DNA of 62,118 nucleotides, the filler included, from Choristocarpus tenellus KU-1152 (taxonomy: Eukaryota > Protista > Phaeophyceae), in NCBI GenBank assembly GCA_964200185.2. It is 11 parts of 11 records of this genome, joined end to end, with 100 filler letters (N's around TTAATTAATTAA, not from the genome) between each part and the next. Parts side by side here need not be neighbours in the genome. Positions count along the whole stretch, not along the records: positions 33,332 to 38,744 come from CAXNAD020010862.1; positions 38,845 to 42,025 come from CAXNAD020021735.1; positions 42,126 to 50,464 come from CAXNAD020004837.1; 8 more parts are not named here. One strand, given 5' to 3'. Made by a program: the position numbers and the translations under genes. Below are positions 37,401 to 48,047 of the stretch, one piece after another. Within the stretch, counting starts at the first letter, position 1. Every line of letters begins with the position of its first letter. The notes beneath the pieces are model-generated. The model saw only the letters and a list, made by a program, of their open reading frames with translations. It was not told the DNA's origin and ran no database searches.

Positions 37401-38855
37401 CGCCGTAGCAGATGAGTGGTGGTGTGGTGGGGAGGAAAGGAAGGAGGAAGTTTGAGGTAAATGCAGAAAACACCTAGGAATCCATTGTGGTGTGCTGATA
37501 ATAGCATTTATAATTTGGACACATGAGAAAAGTGGTAAGGAAAAGAGTGTACAAGATGTGTTAAGAGTGTGAACAGAAGCTGGCAAAAAAAAGAAGTAAC
37601 TACTCCGTGCAAAGTAAATCAGCCTAAAGCAGGATACTGGTGGAGCAGCTTGTAAAGTGGCAGGGTGATACCTCACCCACATGCCAGAGGTCAAAGGACT
37701 CAATAACGACAGCATTTCCGTGTCCACGATTATTCAGTTGAACTTCGACAACAAGGTTGCTTCTTTCACCACTTGAGCTCAAAGGAGTGAGTGTGCGTTT
37801 GTGTATGTATGACCGTGAGTCAGTAGGACTTCAACGGTAAGCTTTCCTGTTCAATCCAGCTCACTCTCTTTGTTCTCAGCAAGTGGCCTTCAACATTATG
37901 CCCAACGATTTAACAAGTCGTGGCTGAGACGGGGAGTGTTGGGGGGATCTCTACAACGATATCGGCACCTACCTTCCACCGGCATGGCAGGAACACACAC
38001 ATACACCCATGAAAAGGATTGGACATGATGGTCGATTAAACCACCCTTCCAAGAATTGAATAAGCTATATAATGAGTATCATTTTTGTGCTAAAGGTCTC
38101 ATGGATCACAAAAACCCTGAAGACGAGTGTCTGGACAGCAGCTACGTAGGGTCCCTGTAAATACTCCACTTTCCTGCTACAGTCTTTTTTTATGCAATGA
38201 TCCTCATTTTGGGGACAGACCACTGGTATTTCTTCCTCAGATTATCAAACAGAGATAGGAATTACAAACTACATACCACTTTTTGGAATAGACCCATATT
38301 GGGGGGGGAGGGAGAACAATCATAGAAACGAAGAGTTTAGACGGAGACGAAAAGGTTATTTAAACGTATCCCTCTTCTTGGAATGCATCATACTGCGTTT
38401 GGCATCCTTGAGAAGAAGTGTTCGGATTGAGGAGACTTGATCTGTGGAGTCAAGTTGGTGGGAAAAGCCAGCGCTCTCTCACCAAGCAGAAGAAAAGTCG
38501 CTGCATGGAGGAACTGTTTGCTGGTATACGTAGATATTTTCATTTCACAACGCCATCATTTGCCTCGCCCGATATATAGTTACCTACCACAATGGCCTCC
38601 TTTGAACCCATCACAAACCCTTCTATTTATTCTTCAGTTTTTGTTGTTGCTGCCTTGAACGACATGTGTTCCCAACACCCTACGACCAAGTGTAAGAGAC
38701 CCAAAGTATCTGTGGGGGGGGGGGGGGACGAAATAAGGGTTGCCNNNNNNNNNNNNNNNNNNNNNNNNNNNNNNNNNNNNNNNNNNNNTTAATTAATTAA
38801 NNNNNNNNNNNNNNNNNNNNNNNNNNNNNNNNNNNNNNNNNNNNGAGGAAAAAGA

Positions 38856-38915
<60 letters not shown>

Positions 38916-39763
38916 GGAAGAGACAGGGTGAGGTGATATTGAATGAGTAGGGGAGAGAGAGTGTGTGTATCGGAGTAGGGTGACAAGGGGGCCAGGGCCA
39001 GAAGGGGGCCAGGGCCTGCGCCCTCACAAAATCACAAAATAGATATTCCGCATACCTGGATGACCGGTTGGTACCAAGCAAGAATAGCAACACAAAAAAT
39101 ACTCTAAATAAGAATATACCCGGAATGCACTTAAGGCCAACACAGTTCTAGAATCCCTTCATCTCAACTTCAATGGTGAACAGACACAAAAGGGGATAGG
39201 AGCTGGTCTAAAACAGTTCTTATGTGAAGGGGACAGTAGGGGTCCCAGTGGCAAAAACGAACAAGAAAACTAAGCCAAGCGGTTTTGTCCAAAGCACTAC
39301 GAACAGATGACGTTATGAGGATCAAATACCCTCCTCCTACAGGTTAGTCCTCCCAAGCAAATGTACCAAACCACGCTACTGACCTGTGCGTACTCCGTGA
39401 TACTCCGGAGTAGTTCTGCTCACATGCAACGATATGAACTGTCTAGAAGTACCTACTCAGTGCTCCGCTATTCCTACTGTGATACAACAAAAGATGTTCA
39501 GTATACCCCCCTCTCGCCTACTTACTCCTTACACCTCTTGACTCTTCTGTGAAGATATCTTCTACAAAAAACAAAATAAAAGTGAAAAAAAAGTGTCTGA
39601 TACACCAAGAACTACAACAACATGGTGCATGCTGACACCATCAACTCATAGGCACAACTCTACCGCAACTACTACATTCTGCCACAGTACTCCGCAAAGA
39701 CAGACAGTGGCATGTGCGCAGGACCTAGAGAGACACCACAACGGTTTCATCACTGCTTGTCAC

Positions 39764-41122
39764 CTGGAGGGCAGCATCCTTTCCATGCCAAGTGCTGAAC
39801 CAGTCATCAGTAGCCTCAAAAAACTTCATGGCCGAATCATAGTCAGAGTTATCCCACATCTTGCCACCCTGAAAAAAGCACAGGTGGTTTAAGTAAGGAG
39901 ACAGAATCGAGAGCTGCACAAGGAATTAATGTCCTACTTGGAACGATTACTGACTGGCACCAAACGCACCCCAGAAGGGGAGCACAAGGAGAGAGGGCCG
40001 TATGTACACCCAATGCTAATTTTGTCTCTACATGTATAATACGTTGTGCGCAATACCACTCTTTCAAGCCCCCTTCGATACACTGAACCTTGTTGTGGAT
40101 CAAATGTTGGCATCAATACAAAAGCAGTTCGATCAAATTTACATTTGTTTCCTTCATTTCTTGCCCTTTCCCTAGTCGCATACATCTCATACATTTCACA
40201 TTGACAGTTTTCCAAGCAAGCGGAACATGGCGTCTTCTGGGTATTCATGAAAGACATAGATGAGCGACTGTTACCCACCACGTAACGGATGTCTATATCA
40301 CTCCCGAGAGTCAATGGAGACTCCTCTTCCATTTCTAGATACCCTTCCAACTTGAGGAGTCTCATTTATCTCCATGAGCCACACTTTCTACAACTTTGCA
40401 GCAACAGAAGCACATCAGAGTGACTGGACAAGCCAAACACTGCAAATTCCAATGACTGCATCTTTCCACATTGAAACAAAACCATAAGCCCACAACAAGC
40501 AAAAATAATCCCCTTCTCCAAACAACATTCTACACTAAATACTACGACTGTGGTGTTCTGAACAGTTGATGAGATGAGCACCGCATCCTCTGCCAAATTT
40601 CACGAGCACACTGCACACAAACACGTCTGTCCAATATTCCGAATCATTCGCGGCACAGCACTGCTCTCAGGAAACCATGCAATGCACAACCCCTACAAAT
40701 AAATAAAAGTTGCATTTCTCTCCACCTACCTTTCAACAAGCACAATCAAAGCTACAAAAAACAATAGGATGAACTACTCACATCGAACCTGCCCCCTCCA
40801 TTCACCCTTCCTCCATCTCAGCCCACTGCCAACCAAGCCCCATCTCATCTGCTTACAGCCTATCCCCCACCCAATCGCCAACATTGACTTTATTTACCTC
40901 TCCATCCGGGAAGAAACCACTAACTCCTCCAACAGCTACATTCATCACAATGTAGAACTCTTGGTTGTATGGGGCCGCTGCGGACTCCCCCTTCCAAGGG
41001 TTACTGATGTGAGGGGCAGACTCGGCAAAGCCACCCTTCTCCCAGAACCCAGCCTGTCCTTCTTCATCACCGTCAAAATTGATGTACAATATCTTCTGGT
41101 CCTCTGTGTCCAAATAGGTGAA
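39764..41122 (-). CDS. GH16 beta-1,3-glucanase / beta-glucan-binding protein, C-terminal exons 41122-40898 and 39868-39764
   Basis: GFWEKGGF...NPWKGESAAAPYNQEFYIVMNVAVGGVSGFFPDGE|GGKMWDNSDYDSAMKFFEATDDWFSTW...AALQ| is the conserved APFDQEFY.I.N.AVGG..G.FPD GH16 tail; phase-0 GT-AG junctions. The catalytic exon and last exon were not located. Confidence 0.88.
39926..40680 (-). mobile_element. Possible DNA-transposon relic (piggyBac-like Cys-rich tail) in the GH16 intron
   Basis: Decayed KTPCSACLENCQC...YAT...KCKF...AF.LMP near a TTAA at 39926-39929; second terminus not found. Confidence 0.25.
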
Positions 41123-42125
41123 CTGACAAAAGTTCAGTGGCATCATATCGTAATTTTGGAAACATGCGGCGGGGGGAGGGGGGGGGATAGTGAGTTGAAG
41201 TAACTGAGAGGGTGGTGCTGGTGAGGTTTCTAAGGGGACCCTCTGACGTTCTGGCAGCACACGTTTTTGGAACACACATGCCCACAGGTGTGGAGTACGT
41301 TTTGTCTGTTATGAGAGTACATTCAGTTTGCAGAAGCAAAGTTGTTTCCTAATGTTTGTGTCCCTTCGTTCAAACGCCTTCGGTCTTCTTTTTAAAAGTT
41401 GAAAAAAAAACTTGAAACCCAAAACAACCAAAAATACACAGCACCCCCCTCTCTCTCAGTCACTCTTGGCTCGTAATAGGAAAGGAACAAGGATGACAAC
41501 GTCAAAGGGGCAACGAATGAACAGAAATGCCTTGGCAAGGGAAGGAGGGCAGGATTGGAGAGAGAACACAGCTGTTAGGAGGCTGATCCACCTGAAGGAA
41601 CTATGCTCCCCACTCACATGATGACCACACCCTGTGAATTGAAGAAAAATCATACATAGTCCTAATGTGGCAGTAAAAACATACACACACACATCCAGCT
41701 TCTTCTCCTATGACCCCTCCTTCCAATAAGAGAGTCAACTCCCACAAACACCACTACAATCAATTATTAAACAGTTCAGAACAACGGGTGGTGATAGGTT
41801 GGGAGGGGGGCATGGAACGGGAAGGTATACTCCTCTTGTTCCTCACCTCCAAGCACTAATAAACCACGAGAAACAATTCACAGAAGGCGTTGTACTTCAA
41901 GTACAACAAGGTCATAGTATTCCATCTCCTCCCCCCTACAGACCCTACTACTCCTCTCCTCAACGACTTCTCCTAACCCTAACCAACTCTAGATTATCGA
42001 GAAGGACTCGTCGCTACGCGCTTACNNNNNNNNNNNNNNNNNNNNNNNNNNNNNNNNNNNNNNNNNNNNTTAATTAATTAANNNNNNNNNNNNNNNNNNN
42101 NNNNNNNNNNNNNNNNNNNNNNNNN

Positions 42126-42238
42126 TAGTAGTCAGTGTAGTAGTCAGTGTAGTAGTCAGTGTAGTAGTCAGTGTAGTAGTCAGTGTAGTAGTCAGTGTAG
42201 TAGTCAGTGTAGTAGTCAGTGTAGTAGTCAGTGTAGTA
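42126..42238. repeat. 12-bp tandem repeat (TAGTAGTCAGTG)n at contig start
   Basis: About 9 perfect units. Confidence 0.95.
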
Positions 42239-42811
42239 GCCAACAAAGGCACCGCTACAGAGCCTTGAGATACAACGACTGACAACAAGAGACAAAGATC
42301 ACCATGTTTTTTTTTTTTATTCTTCAACAGTGGCGGCGAGAAGTATTTGTAGTGTCGACAGGCTTTGGTCACCTCTCTTACAAATATTTAAAAAAAAAAT
42401 CAAAACGCCTGCATACATAGATCTTTCACACTTCAAGAGCAAACAACCAACCAATGGCGTGGATCCTGGTTATGAGGCCGGGGGAGCTATGACATTACTG
42501 ATACGCCTGATCAGCAGGGCTCCCACAAACTTGGATTCCACCTAAAGATCTCAATATCTTGCTACAGCACCAGCAAAGGTAACTCCTGATCCTCCACGGG
42601 ACACCTGATCCACTCATCACCAGAGCACAGCAACAAAATCTACTTGAGTGCCTGTCACTAGCATGCCACAAGGGGGCCCTACGAGCAAAGCACCGCCGTT
42701 TGACCCTTAAAGCAACACTCAAAAAAGATCCCCTGCTCCCCTTCCCCTTCCTGGGCCCCACTCAAGCACCTTGCCATATGTCCTCCTCATCACCCCCTTT
42801 TGCAGTCTCAC

Positions 42812-43353
42812 CTGAGCTCCTCGAGGTCCAGCAAAGCCTCTGCCAGTTCCTGAGAGTACACCTCACGCCTACCCCTGACATAACGTACACCAAGTGCTAG
42901 CTTCACACGCCGCTCAAGACTCTTCCCACACTGTCCTTCCCCAGCACCCCCTCCCATAACTTCCCGTTCTTCACTCCACTGCTCATCTCCTTGCCTCAGC
43001 TCTAGGTCATGCTCCTCCTCTGAGGAGACACAAGGGAGCTCCATCTCCACAGAACGGTCTACACTAATGTCTAACGCTCCCACCCCCCCATCCACCTCAT
43101 GTACTCGTGGGGCTGCCTCTGTCTCTCTCCGGCATGTACTCTCAACCATGGTATTTGAACCAGGCAGCGTAGAACATGCTGGCGCTTGTGGTGTTGTAGG
43201 AGTTGTAGGAGTTGTAGGCGGTGGACCTAGGGAGGCGAGCCGTGTAAGCAAGGCCTGACCTTCCAAGGCCAGAATGGAACCCCTCTCTTCTAGTAGGGCA
43301 TCCTCATGGTCCAGGTGGACATCACTGAGCGGCGATGTGTTCATGCATGTTGC

Positions 43354-43391
<38 letters not shown>

Positions 43392-45506
43392 AATAGGGTT
43401 AGGGTTTGCTAGAGGCTCGGGGGTGGCTGTCGTATGGGAGGTGGTTGAAAAAGGTTGAAAGGAGGGCCGGTGTGTGTTCCAAGAAGAACATGGAACATAG
43501 CAACGCCCATGTAGAGAACAATCAGGATGATCTGCATCGTGATCAACACCTAAATGACATGTATGGAGCACTCATCCCCATAGCCTCCAACTGTGTATGG
43601 AAAAATTGATCCACGACCCATGGTTTCTTGTGCTGTCTCTCTCAATTTGAAAATAATTCCACATCCATGGGCTTCATTAATCTCACCTCACCACAAGTGT
43701 AAATACGGAACATTCTTTTGCATCACTTCTGCAAGGTCAGTCAGTGCCATGTCTCCATCATAAGGTTGCAGAAAATACTGTACTCGCTCAAGGCAAATAT
43801 CAAACACCAAGTGCTCTGAAATGCCCTTCCTTTCTGCCTAACCCTAACCCTAAATATTGAACACGGGGTGCACCTTGTCTCCTGTCTGCTTGCCCTAGCA
43901 GTTTTGAGCAGGCGGCGTTGGAATCGTAGAACATAAATACCCAACAGACAGTATCCCAACTTCCTCTGCCACCTGTAGCACAACTCATCCACCAGTGAGC
44001 GCACACCGTGCAAAGAAATACACAAGTGGCGCAGTATGAACATCAGGTGTTTTATAGGGAGGGATGCGGTTTGCATGTCCAAAATAACCAAGATGTTGGG
44101 ATGGTCTGTCCTTGAAAAAGCATAGATTTTAGTCCACACCAAGATTTGCAATGGTCAATCTTTCTCACAGCAATCCAACCTCGCATTGACTTGTAAATAA
44201 TTACACGCAGCCCTTCTCAAGCCTCACTTTGGGAAACTCTCATACCAGAACTGCCCTTTCTTACTTGAAGGAGAAGGTTCTTCCCTCCATGCACTCTACC
44301 ACAACAGGAGTATCCCCAATCAATGCGAACCTACAGTCCGTGATGGGAGACGACTGGTGCAACCACAATCATAGTTCTGCAATAAAATTAGCAACAGCTG
44401 TGCCTCTCTGAAGATGAACAGGTGATGATACACTCTCATATATAGGCAAGCATCATATTTCACCCTCCCAATAAGAACACAGAGGCAAATGCCCCCAAAT
44501 ACCGCCTTGTGTAGATTACCAAAGGATAGATCAGATCGGACCAAGAATCACATTACTAGCTTCAGTCCTTTGCACAAGGTTCATTTTTTGTCCTTCCAAA
44601 TCACTTCGTCTTACCGATTGAATATCCACTTGCCTCCTCCCTTGATCATTATCACCACTCTTTTCCCTCCTTCCCGCAAGCTGGTCATCATGTTCTCGGC
44701 CGTGAGACCAACAACATTGGATAACCACACGGAACTGAGGGGAGGAGGGGGTGCCTCCAGTTCAGGTTCGACCGCTCCCTTGAGCTCGTTAGGGGGTTCG
44801 TAGCCCCAGTTTTCTGACATCAACATGAATAGGCGACAAAAAGGGTGAGAGTAGTGTTGCAAAGAGAGCAGCAGCTTGACGCACAAACAAACGAATCGAT
44901 TGCTCGAGATAGTTGGTGCTTGTAGTACCTGCAAAGAACTTAAGTATTGACATCGAAATTGTATGATTTGACAAACAAGATCAACTTTCTTCCTTCCAAG
45001 TGAGAAAACTTCGAGAAAAAAAAAATGAAAATCGCACCTTGAATCATGTCTCGGAGATGATCTAGCTCTTCAGGGGACGGTCGGAGAGGTCCCACCCATG
45101 CCAACCCATTTGGGAAGCACTAAATAGGTTGTTGGCACGCGAGAGGATGCGTTGGAAATAGATTTTCAGTAACTTGAAGATCGTTCAAGGTTGTGGTGTC
45201 TGCTAGTCTCTTTCGCTCTACAAGGATGAAGGGTCCCTTGGGGAACCGACAACAAAAAAGAACTCTATCGGAAGAAGGAAGAACAATACGTAATTTACGT
45301 CGTTCAGCACTGAGGTCTCTTCTTCCAACGCCAATACTGGAAATACTCCCTGCAAGATACCCGACCTGAGTTGAACCATCTTCGCATCTACGCAGACGAC
45401 CTGGAGGAGAACGACAAACTGAGTTAGGAGGCTCTAAACTTCTGCAAGGTCTCACTGTGGCACTAATGGCTAATATCACAGAGAGGAATTGTAGCACGAA
45501 CGGCAT
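42812..45506 (-). CDS. Putative multi-exon gene of unknown function; candidate exons near 45506-45175, 44928-44614, 43972-43874 and 43344-42812
   Basis: Signal-peptide-like start MPFVLQFLSVILAISATVRP; good splice sites (tttgcag|GTAC, AATCG|gtaaga, CTCAG|gtgaga); phase-compatible join KWIFNR|WQRKLGY; 178-aa acidic ORF. No recognisable domain and the full chain is not resolved. Confidence 0.4.
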
Positions 45507-45593
45507 GGGTGCTCAAAAGCATACAATGTGCAAATAATAGATGTTTAGTGGAAAGTGCCATGTGTGATTCAAACTCTCAAAATCTCAACTTGA

Positions 45594-48047
45594 ATGCAGT
45601 GGCCTTCCAAGTGCTATAGAAAACTCAATTTTATAACACATGATTTTCAACTTGTAGGTGTAGGAAGAAGTACCATGCTTGTCAAGGTTGGATATGCTCC
45701 CAGCCAAATCAATCCAACGGGTTTGACGTTTTCATTAAATCCTGTGGGTTCTCATGTCCGCAGCCCATGGCGTCTGCCCCAACGATGTTGCCGTTCCAAC
45801 ATTACATGCTCTGGCACTAGGGGTGGAATGGGGGAGGATACCAAGGAGGAACAGGAACAAGCTGAGACGCGGGTAGGGGAAGGAGTGCTACGTCAGAGAT
45901 TAATCTTGCGACGCTCACCAGATACGTTTTTGAAAGAAATGCAGTCGTGGAGGATGAGTAGCGACTGGAGCGGAGCAATAAATGCTCTGGATGAAGCCAA
46001 GGCTAGCGGCGCTGAGGTCAACCTCTCCATGTATAACAGCTGCATGAGCTTGATGCTCCATTGCAAAAAATGGAGAATCGCTCTGTCGCTACTCAATCAA
46101 ATGCAATGTGAGGACATTATTCCCGATGTCTTCACCTACAACCAGGTCATGGCAGCATGCAAAGAGGGAGGGCAATGGGAACGTGCTCTATTGCTATTGG
46201 ATGAGATGCAGGCCCAAGGCGTTTCCCCAAATGCACACAATTACAACACGGTTATTGCTGCGTGCGGAGATAGGGGACAATTAGAACGCGCTTTGTTGCT
46301 GATGGATGAAATGCAGGATAAGGGGATTGCCCCTGACACCGTAACCTACAATGTTATTATCAAGGCTTGTGGAGACGGGGAACAATGGGAACGTGCTCTA
46401 TCGATGCTGGATGAAATGAAGGCCAAGGGAATTTCTTTGGATGCCTATACCTACACTGCTGCAATTAGGGCCTGTGGAGATGGGGAACAATGGGAACGTG
46501 CTCTAATGCTGTGGGATGAAATGAAGTTAGCAGGGGTAACGCCAGCTGCTCACACCTTCTCCACAGCTGCGAAGGTCTGCGGGGATGCCGGGCAATGGGA
46601 ACGTGCTCTGTCGCTGCTGGATGAGATGAAATCTATGGGGGCTACCCTAAATTCCCGCATCTACACCACGATCTTGAAGGCCTGTGCAGATGCAGGGAAG
46701 TGGGAGCACGCACTGTCATTGCTTGACGAAATGCAGGCTGAGGGGATTGCCCCCCATGACGTAGCCTACAACATGGTCATGAAGGCTTGTGGGGGTGGAG
46801 GGCAGTGGAAGCAGGTACTGTCACTACTGGATGAGATGAAGGCTAACGGGGTTGCTCCCAATGAATACATCTATACCACGGCCTTGAAGGTCTGTGGGGA
46901 TGCAAGGCAATGGAGACGTGCCATGTCGCTCTTGGACGATATGAAGTCTAACGGGGTTGCTTCAAATGCCTACACTTACACCACGGCAATAAAGGCCTGC
47001 GTAGATGGGAAACAATGGAAATCTGCTCTATCATTGCTGGATGAAATGAAGTCTGAGGGGGTAAATCCAAATGCCTACACCTACACTGTGGCCTTGAAAG
47101 CCTGTAAAGATGGGAGGCAATGGAAACGTGCTCTGTCACTGCTGGATGAGATGGAGTCTATTGGGGTTATTTTGACGTCCCAAATCTACACCATGGTGTT
47201 GAAAGCCTGTGGTGATGCTGGGCAATGGGAACGTGCCATATCACTCCTGGGTGAGATGGAGTTCAAGGGGGTTGCCCCCAATGCCCACAGCTACACCACA
47301 GTCTTGAAGGCCTGTACTGATGCAATGCAATGGGAACGGGCTCTTTCCCTGCTGGATGAAATTACCTCGAAGGGGATTGCAGCAGATAACCACATGTACA
47401 CAATGGCTATGAAGGCCTGTGGAGACGGGGACCAGTGGGAACGTGCTCTGTTGCTGCTGGAAGAAATGCAAGAGAAGGGAATTTCTCCAGACTGTTACAG
47501 TTACACAGTGGTCATGAAAGTTTGTGGAGATGTTGGGCAATGGGAACGTACTTTGTCACTGCTGGCGGAGATGAAGTCTAGGGGGGTTGTTCCACGCGTG
47601 CACACCTACACCACTGCCTTGAAGGCCTGTGGGAATGCTGGACAGTGGGAGCGTGCTCTGGGACTCTTGGATGAAATGGAGGCGGCGGGGATTGCCCCAG
47701 ATGCCCACATCTACACCTCGGCCATGAAGGCTTGCTTGGGTTCTGGGCAGTGGGAACGGTCTCTTTCACTGCTGGAACGACTGAAGATGAAGGGGATTCA
47801 TACCGATACGGTAATCTACAACATGGCCATCAAGGCCTGTGAGAGTGGATTGGATTGGAAGCGTGCTTTGTTGCTGATGGATGAAATGCAAACTGGGGGT
47901 CTTTCCCCAGACCGTTTCACCTACAGGTTTGCCATTTCAGCGTGCAGATTATCAGGTCACTCAGAACCTGCAAAACTTTTGGGTGAGGAGATGAGGGCAA
48001 ACGGATTTTATGATGACCGAATCTCTCCAGAAGTACAGTCAAGATAG
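45594..48047 (+). CDS. P-class pentatricopeptide repeat protein, 19 contiguous 35-aa repeats (46023-48017); true start possibly ATG 45675 or an upstream exon
   Basis: 817-aa ORF with exact 105-bp periodicity, consensus xxTY(T/N)xxxKACGDxGQWERALSLLDEMKxxGVxP(D/N); no E/DYW or SMR C-terminal domain. Confidence 0.96.
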   Translation: MQWPSKCYRKLNFITHDFQLVGVGRSTMLVKVGYAPSQINPTGLTFSLNPVGSHVRSPWRLPQRCCRSNITCSGTRGGMGEDTKEEQEQAETRVGEGVLRQRLILRRSPDTFLKEMQSWRMSSDWSGAINALDEAKASGAEVNLSMYNSCMSLMLHCKKWRIALSLLNQMQCEDIIPDVFTYNQVMAACKEGGQWERALLLLDEMQAQGVSPNAHNYNTVIAACGDRGQLERALLLMDEMQDKGIAPDTVTYNVIIKACGDGEQWERALSMLDEMKAKGISLDAYTYTAAIRACGDGEQWERALMLWDEMKLAGVTPAAHTFSTAAKVCGDAGQWERALSLLDEMKSMGATLNSRIYTTILKACADAGKWEHALSLLDEMQAEGIAPHDVAYNMVMKACGGGGQWKQVLSLLDEMKANGVAPNEYIYTTALKVCGDARQWRRAMSLLDDMKSNGVASNAYTYTTAIKACVDGKQWKSALSLLDEMKSEGVNPNAYTYTVALKACKDGRQWKRALSLLDEMESIGVILTSQIYTMVLKACGDAGQWERAISLLGEMEFKGVAPNAHSYTTVLKACTDAMQWERALSLLDEITSKGIAADNHMYTMAMKACGDGDQWERALLLLEEMQEKGISPDCYSYTVVMKVCGDVGQWERTLSLLAEMKSRGVVPRVHTYTTALKACGNAGQWERALGLLDEMEAAGIAPDAHIYTSAMKACLGSGQWERSLSLLERLKMKGIHTDTVIYNMAIKACESGLDWKRALLLMDEMQTGGLSPDRFTYRFAISACRLSGHSEPAKLLGEEMRANGFYDDRISPEVQSR

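Noticed and set aside
37850-38560. Possible Harbinger-type transposase relic (AFGILEKK) as the MITE partner
   Set aside because: A single short motif with no continuous frame or enclosing TIR pair.
42070-42372. Thr-rich or YYTD-repeat ORFs
   Set aside because: Translation of a 12-bp microsatellite at a contig edge.
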